Positions 29,787-35,373 of a stretch of 35,373 nucleotides of DNA are shown piece after piece. Position numbers and translations under genes: made by a program. The stretch is from contig JBHHVD010000027.1 of assembly GCA_046754105.1 (NCBI GenBank), positions 1 through 35,373 of the forward strand, read 5' to 3'. Each line of letters begins with the position of its first letter. Positions within the stretch are counted from its first letter, which is position 1. The DNA is from Candidatus Krumholzibacteriia bacterium (GTDB lineage: Bacteria; Krumholzibacteriota; Krumholzibacteriia; WVZY01). The notes beneath the pieces are model-generated. The model had not been told where the DNA came from, did not search any database, and worked only from the letters and a program-made list of their open reading frames with translations.

Positions 29787-31319
29787 TTACTTATTAGTCA
29801 GCGACGAACTGCTCTCTAATTTATACCTGCCGTAACCCTCTCTGTCAACGAAAATAAACCGCAGGCCGATATCCGGCTCCATCGACCGGTCCCGCTTGAG
29901 GATGGGGTCTCCCCCGCCGTTGTAGACCCACAACTCGTAGGGGAACGCGACGTCACCACCCTCGCCGACGCTTCCCAACCGCCTGGGGTCGATTATGATG
30001 TTGCGGCTGGGTCGCGCGTAATCGATACGGCCGCCACTGTTGCTGAAGTTGACAACGTGAAACTTGTCGCCCACTTTCTCCAGCGCATCCGAGACCGATT
30101 CGCGGTTGAGCGGCATGACGTCCATGACGACCTCGTCCGGGGGACCGAACTTGAGATAAATCAGGCCACGATCCGTGAAAATACCGAGTTGGTAGTCGGT
30201 GAATTTCGCGTTGACGAAGGAAAGTCGTTTCTGGAACTCCTGATAGGCCTCGTTGACACCGGTCAGGACATCTGGATCGGCTTCCTTCCACATCGCCTGC
30301 AGGATCACTTCCTGCTCGCCGGGGCTCTTCGCCGCAAAATCATCGAAGTCGTCCTCATCCAGTAGAAACTGCGCCTCGGCGACAAAATCCTGCCGCGACG
30401 CTTCCCAGGTCTTCATGTCCCAGGCAACGCTGAAACGACCGGCGAGAACCCGTGCTAGCAGCCGATCCTTCAGGCCGGCGTTGAGGTACAGAGCGTACCT
30501 CCCGGCCGGGAACCGGTTCAAGTCCTCGTTGATGACGATCGGATACCGGACTGTTTCCGGGCCTCCGTCCAGCACGGCGTCCGGCAGGGGGGCGGAAGCG
30601 CGTCTTACGACCTCGCCCTGCTCGTTGAGAATGTGCGTTTCGATTTGCAGGGCTTCCTGCCCTCTTGCAATATCCGCCGGTACATAGGCCTCGAAGTATA
30701 CCTGCAGGGAATCCCGGTAAAGCCCGTAGAGCCGGGACGGATTGGGGTGGTCGACGCCGCCACGCTGCGACCGTTCCATCCTCCACATGAACTTGGCGTC
30801 GCTAAGCGTCATTCCCTCGACGCTGAAATCCGGGACATCCAGCACGCCGCTCTCGACGACCGACGTCTTGACCGCTCCCCTGACCATCCCCAGGACCGTC
30901 ATTTTGGGCGAGTTCAGATCTTCCACCACGCACGAGATATCGTATCGCCCGGGGGCCAGCTCGAATTTCCTGATCAGGGTTTGAAACCGCAGCGGGTCCC
31001 GGGCCTGAGCCTCGTTGTCCGCGTACATTTTCAGTCGGGTGCTCTCCTTGACGGCCGTCTTGCCGTTGTCGTCCCGGATGCGGATCGACACCCGGGCCCG
31101 GCCTTGCAACCGCCCGTCGATCTGCTTGAAACGCACCTGCGCGTTGGAGACACGGAGGTATATTTCCTCGAGCGTCGATCCGTCCGCCTTGCGGAATCCG
31201 GCGCTATCCAGGTAGAAGTCGAAGTCCCCCGCGCTCACCGCGTTTTCCGCACGCGGCTGCGACGGCACGGCCAGCATCACGGTCAGCATCACGAAACCCG
31301 CTACTCTGGACATCGCCAT
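29787..31319 (-). CDS. GWxTD-domain protein (variant motif GIFTD)
   Basis: Signal peptide; WKEADPDVLTGVNE...RLSFVNAKF...GIFTDRGLIYLKFGPPDEV...YELWVY...FIFVDREGYGRYKL. Confidence 0.85.
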   Translation of the reverse strand: MAMSRVAGFVMLTVMLAVPSQPRAENAVSAGDFDFYLDSAGFRKADGSTLEEIYLRVSNAQVRFKQIDGRLQGRARVSIRIRDDNGKTAVKESTRLKMYADNEAQARDPLRFQTLIRKFELAPGRYDISCVVEDLNSPKMTVLGMVRGAVKTSVVESGVLDVPDFSVEGMTLSDAKFMWRMERSQRGGVDHPNPSRLYGLYRDSLQVYFEAYVPADIARGQEALQIETHILNEQGEVVRRASAPLPDAVLDGGPETVRYPIVINEDLNRFPAGRYALYLNAGLKDRLLARVLAGRFSVAWDMKTWEASRQDFVAEAQFLLDEDDFDDFAAKSPGEQEVILQAMWKEADPDVLTGVNEAYQEFQKRLSFVNAKFTDYQLGIFTDRGLIYLKFGPPDEVVMDVMPLNRESVSDALEKVGDKFHVVNFSNSGGRIDYARPSRNIIIDPRRLGSVGEGGDVAFPYELWVYNGGGDPILKRDRSMEPDIGLRFIFVDREGYGRYKLESSSSLTNK

Positions 31320-31334
31320 TTCTCCTCAACGTAA

Positions 31335-31360
31335 CGATGGGCACCCCCGGGTGCCCATCG
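31335..31360. repeat. Perfect 12-bp inverted repeat between the porV-like and GWxTD genes
   Basis: CGATGGGCACCC-CC-GGGTGCCCATCG; no U-tract on either strand. Confidence 0.8.
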
Positions 31361-31397
31361 CGTACGATATCTTTCGATCCGAAACCCGGGATCGGTT

Positions 31398-32345
31398 CTA
31401 GTAACTGAACCCAAGGCTGAATCTGTGTGCGCTCCCGAGAAAATCGAGATCCTCCCACGCGTAGTCGAAGCTCAGGTCCGAGGTTTGGGTCGTGTCGAAC
31501 CGCAGCCCGAAACCCGCTGCCGCCCCGGCCGCGTCGTAATCGACGTTGTAACCGCCGCGCAGGTAAAAGAACTGGTTGAAAGAATACTCGCCGCCCACGT
31601 TGACCCGCTCGGTATTGTCGGACGGGTGGGAAAACTCACCTGTCGTATTGAAACTGTGCACTCCGCGCTGGTATGCCGACATCGAAATGCCGATCTTGAA
31701 CAGCGTCGGGACCTTCGATTCGCGGCTGTCGTAATCGACCTTGCCTCCGAGACTTTGAATCATCATGCCAAGCCGCATACCTCTGAACCCGATGCGATAG
31801 ATCAGCCCGAAGTCAACGGCATACGTGTTGACGCTCTTCTCGGCGAGCCCCGAATGGATAAAATGCACCGTCCCGCCCGCGGAAAACTTATCCGTGAAGA
31901 ACTGGGCGTATGACAGCCCGAAAGACATATCTCCCGCGTCGAACTCGCGTCCGGTGCCGTTCGGCAAAAAGATCGTGCGCTCGGTCTGTGGATCGATCGA
32001 CAACGCCCTCGCCGAAACGCCCCACGTGCCCGGAGCAAACGGCATCGTAAAGACGGCGGCCGCAAAATCCAGGCTGATGTCCGCCGGCCAGAACGTGTGC
32101 TCCAGCGCCACCGAAGTGTTGGTTACTTCCACGATACCCGCGGGATTCCAGTAGACGGCGGAAGCATCGTTGGCAATAGCCGTATACGCCGCGCCCATAC
32201 CTGTTGCCCTCGCCGACGGACCGATCTTCAGGAACTGAAGAGCGAACGTGCCCACTTTGGCGAAAGGCTCCGTTGCGAACGACTGGGCCGGCAACAAAGA
32301 CGCCACGGCAAACGAAACGACTACTAATCCGATCTTGCAACGCAC
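31398..32345 (-). CDS. PorV/PorQ-family (FadL-like) outer-membrane beta-barrel
   Basis: FLKIGPSARATGMGAAYTAIANDASAVYWNPAG, LRGGY, HRFSLGFSY. GTG 32345 has an AGGAGGT SD and is followed by a signal peptide. Confidence 0.88.
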   Translation of the reverse strand: MRCKIGLVVVSFAVASLLPAQSFATEPFAKVGTFALQFLKIGPSARATGMGAAYTAIANDASAVYWNPAGIVEVTNTSVALEHTFWPADISLDFAAAVFTMPFAPGTWGVSARALSIDPQTERTIFLPNGTGREFDAGDMSFGLSYAQFFTDKFSAGGTVHFIHSGLAEKSVNTYAVDFGLIYRIGFRGMRLGMMIQSLGGKVDYDSRESKVPTLFKIGISMSAYQRGVHSFNTTGEFSHPSDNTERVNVGGEYSFNQFFYLRGGYNVDYDAAGAAAGFGLRFDTTQTSDLSFDYAWEDLDFLGSAHRFSLGFSY

Positions 32346-32429
32346 AGTCAAACCTCCTAAGACTCCATTGCCCGCATAGACGCGCGTGGGGTTACACTCA
32401 CACCATCGAAACTCGATCTGATATACCAC

Positions 32430-35373
32430 CTAGAATTCAAAACCAAACCCGACCCGCCAGATCCGGTGTTGCTCGAAAACCGTCGGGTCATTCACCGGTA
32501 CGAAATCATCAAGCCCGTCATCGTCTATATCCGCCAGGTACGCGCCTCCGAAACGACCGGTCTCCGTAAGGTACGCTCCACCGTCCATCTGCGCGACTGC
32601 CATCTGCGGGAAGACGCCTGGCGCGTCCCCTCCGGGCAGCGGGATATCCTCGTCGAGCAGGTTTCGCCCTTCGAAGAAAAGTGTCAGTTCACGGCCGTAA
32701 ATATTGAATTTCTTCCGGCCTTGCACGCTCAACCGGTTCGTCGACGCGAAGCGATTCGCGTTCTCGTCCAGCGGATCCTGAAGCCTCGCGAATTGGTCGA
32801 CCGGCGTCCACGGCAGCCCACTGCCGAACTGGTAGATCGCCGTCGCACCCCAGTTATTACGCTCTTGCAGCCGGAGGGTCACGTTGAACGTGTGACGCTG
32901 ATCCCAGTCGAGCGGGCGCTCGTCCGTCGGCAGGTGGGTCAGGCCCTGAGCCGAGCGACCGAAGTCCGAGTCACTCGACACGCCGTCCGCGAACGAATAC
33001 GTGTAGTAGGCCTCGAATCCGAAGCGCCGCGTCAGCCGCTTCTCGAGCGATAGCTCCAACCCTCTCGAACTTGCGTACGTCTTGTTGACGAAACGCGTGC
33101 TCTGGATACCGGTTGAATCGTCCGTAACCAGCGTCGATGATATCAGGCCGTAGATGTCCTTGCTGAACACCACGAAGTTGCCGGCCACGTCCTCGCTGAA
33201 CTGGTGCGAGATACCCGCCTGGTACGAGACGGTCAGCTCCGGTCCCAGGTCGGGATTGCCCAGTGTACCGATCGACCCGATCGCGTCCTGGGTCGCGAAG
33301 AGGAACGTCCGGCTGGGCCACTGGGTGAACCGGCCGTAGTGGAAAAAGAACTTGTCGCGATCGGTGATCGGGAACGCGACGCCCAGGCGCGGCGACCAAT
33401 TGGACTTGAACGTTTCCACCTCTGACGGGATTTCCTCGTTATGAATCAAGTTCTGGTTGTTGTTCCCGGTGTCGAAAAACTCCCAGCGGACACCGGCGTT
33501 CACGACCATTCCCTCGTATTCCCACTTGTCCTGTGCGTAGACGGCACCCTCGGGATTGAAGTTGTGGAACAGGTTTACGTTCCGGCCCTGCTGCACGGTG
33601 CCCTCGGTGGGGTTCTCGCGGGTTTGCGCGGGGAACACGCGTGTTTCCTGATCGAGGTCGTTATAAATGAGCTGAAACCCTGTCTTCATGCGGTGTCCCT
33701 TTACCCGCTCCGACGTGAGGTCGGTCTTGACCAGGTACTGGACCGTGTTGCGATCCTCGAAGAACGGCGAGTCATACGCTGACACAAAATAAGGGAAGTC
33801 GGGGTCGGTATACCACGTCGCCTGGCTGACCCCCCCCTGCAGGGTGGTTCCCGACGGCAGTTCGGTCGGCAACCCAGCCGATGAGAACTGGCTCGGCGCT
33901 TTGCCGTCCACGCTCTGGGTCCGGTTGAATTCCAGCCGGCTGACGTTGACCGAGTAGAGAATATCGTCCGCAATATTGTGGTTGAACGACAATTTCAACT
34001 GCAGGTTCTCGTTCTCGATTTCCGGCGTGCGAGATGCGGAGTTGAAAAAGACAAACGAAGAGTCGGATGCGTCTCCCGCCGGTGTCGCGCGGAACTCACT
34101 GAACGGGAACTGAAAACCTTCGAAGAGAACCCACGATTTTCGCTGGCCCGTGGGCTGTCCGGAGGCGTTGACCAGGTTCTCGTCCCACAGAATCGTTTGC
34201 GAGCCCACGTCCACCGCCCGGAAGTTGAAGAACTCCTTGAGCGTCGCGTTGCCGGACGGGTCGCGGACGAGCTGCTCGACCTTGACAATTCTCGGATTGG
34301 GCTGCTGGTTCGGGTCCGCCACCTGGGCGAGCCACGGTCCTTCGAACTGAACCGAGATGCCGCCGAAGGAGAAGACGTCCTGACCGGTACCCGTCGGAAT
34401 CAGGCGTTGGAAGTAGTACATCTTCTGGACGGAGCCCTGGATATTCCAGTTGTTGGCAAACTGTTCGCGCCTGGAGCGCTGCACGATCGCCTCGCCCGTT
34501 ACCTTGAACGGTGCCTGGTTCCACGAGAGTTTGGTCTGTAGGTTGAGCGAGTGATTCATGCGATCACGCGCCTTGAGCCAGCTGGTCAACTTGTGCTCCG
34601 TCCTCGGCTCGATCGAGACGTTCTCGCCATCGAGGTACGTGCCCTCCGCCGAAACGTAGTAGCGCAAGCTCTTCCACGGCGTCGGACCGCCGAATCCCAG
34701 ACTCACCCGGTCGAAGTTCGTATACGTCTTGTCCTGGCGCCCGAAGTCGTCCGTCATATACCGAAACTCGCCTCCGAAAACGTTGCCGCCCTCTTTCGTA
34801 TTAATATTGATTACCCCCGACTGGGCATTACCGTACTCGGCATCCATGCCGCCGGCGATGAAGTCGGATCCGGAGACACCCAGAAGCCCCACGTCCATTG
34901 CGGCCCCGCCCAGGGGATCATCGACCGGCACACCGTCGATCTGCATCTGAATCTCTCCCGAACGCCCGCCGCGCGCGTGAAGCTCGTCCCCCGTCTTCAC
35001 GATACCCGTCTTGAGCGCGATGGCATCGATGGCGTTGTCCACCGGCATTTCCAGGATCTGTTCGTCCGTCACGGACGAGCGCACGTCGGACGAGGTGACG
35101 TCTATCATTTTGCGTTCGCCGGTGACCTCGATAACCTGGGTCTCCGCCACAATGGTCTCGGTAAGGGCGAACTCGAGGTCCGTGGTCTGGTTGGCGTTTA
35201 TGACGACCCGGGTCCTTTCGATCGTCTTGTAACCCATCATCATCGCTTTCACGGTATAGGTGCCCGCGGGTACTCCCTGTACCGTGAACTTGCCATCGTC
35301 GAGACTCATCGCGCCCTTGTTAGTGCCTACGATGATCACGTTGGCGAATCCGAGGGGTTTTCTTGTCTTCTTG
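32430..35373 (-). CDS. TonB-dependent receptor with N-terminal carboxypeptidase-regulatory-like domain (5' end outside window)
   Basis: Frame stays open to the window edge (..PLGFANVIIVGTNKGA..GTYTVKAMMMGY). TonB-box-like ETQVIEVTG, plug HARGGRSGE..IDGVPV..GGMDAEYGNAQSGVININTKEG, SPRLGVAFP, GNPDLGPE, C-terminal VGFGFEF. Confidence 0.93.
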   Translation of the reverse strand, partial: KKTRKPLGFANVIIVGTNKGAMSLDDGKFTVQGVPAGTYTVKAMMMGYKTIERTRVVINANQTTDLEFALTETIVAETQVIEVTGERKMIDVTSSDVRSSVTDEQILEMPVDNAIDAIALKTGIVKTGDELHARGGRSGEIQMQIDGVPVDDPLGGAAMDVGLLGVSGSDFIAGGMDAEYGNAQSGVININTKEGGNVFGGEFRYMTDDFGRQDKTYTNFDRVSLGFGGPTPWKSLRYYVSAEGTYLDGENVSIEPRTEHKLTSWLKARDRMNHSLNLQTKLSWNQAPFKVTGEAIVQRSRREQFANNWNIQGSVQKMYYFQRLIPTGTGQDVFSFGGISVQFEGPWLAQVADPNQQPNPRIVKVEQLVRDPSGNATLKEFFNFRAVDVGSQTILWDENLVNASGQPTGQRKSWVLFEGFQFPFSEFRATPAGDASDSSFVFFNSASRTPEIENENLQLKLSFNHNIADDILYSVNVSRLEFNRTQSVDGKAPSQFSSAGLPTELPSGTTLQGGVSQATWYTDPDFPYFVSAYDSPFFEDRNTVQYLVKTDLTSERVKGHRMKTGFQLIYNDLDQETRVFPAQTRENPTEGTVQQGRNVNLFHNFNPEGAVYAQDKWEYEGMVVNAGVRWEFFDTGNNNQNLIHNEEIPSEVETFKSNWSPRLGVAFPITDRDKFFFHYGRFTQWPSRTFLFATQDAIGSIGTLGNPDLGPELTVSYQAGISHQFSEDVAGNFVVFSKDIYGLISSTLVTDDSTGIQSTRFVNKTYASSRGLELSLEKRLTRRFGFEAYYTYSFADGVSSDSDFGRSAQGLTHLPTDERPLDWDQRHTFNVTLRLQERNNWGATAIYQFGSGLPWTPVDQFARLQDPLDENANRFASTNRLSVQGRKKFNIYGRELTLFFEGRNLLDEDIPLPGGDAPGVFPQMAVAQMDGGAYLTETGRFGGAYLADIDDDGLDDFVPVNDPTVFEQHRIWRVGFGFEF

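Overview
GC-rich chromosomal segment from a diderm bacterium. The gene set (PorV-like barrel, GWxTD proteins, paired ExbD, TonB-dependent receptor with an N-terminal carboxypeptidase-regulatory-like domain) suggests an FCB-superphylum lineage outside Bacteroidota; this is inference only. All genes except lysC are on the minus strand. The left half is housekeeping: tpiA (partial)-pgk-gap, comF, lgt, rodA-mrdA-mreDCB-radC, a divergent aspartate kinase with a probable internal beta-subunit start, and a rhomboid-TPR protease. The right half (~13.6-35.4 kb) is a continuous cell-envelope cluster. In transcription order it reads: TBDR, PorV/PorQ-like barrel, GWxTD protein, ExbB-ExbD-ExbD-TonB, TolC, ABC ATPase, adaptor, two MacB-type permeases, a second GWxTD protein, OppABC, an SH3-NlpC/P60 peptidase, and an orphan beta-barrel with a long structured leader. 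The best candidate for an undescribed system is the TBDR-PorV-GWxTD-Ton motor module, possibly together with the MacAB-TolC-GWxTD module. I saw no rRNA, tRNA, CRISPR array or mobile element.
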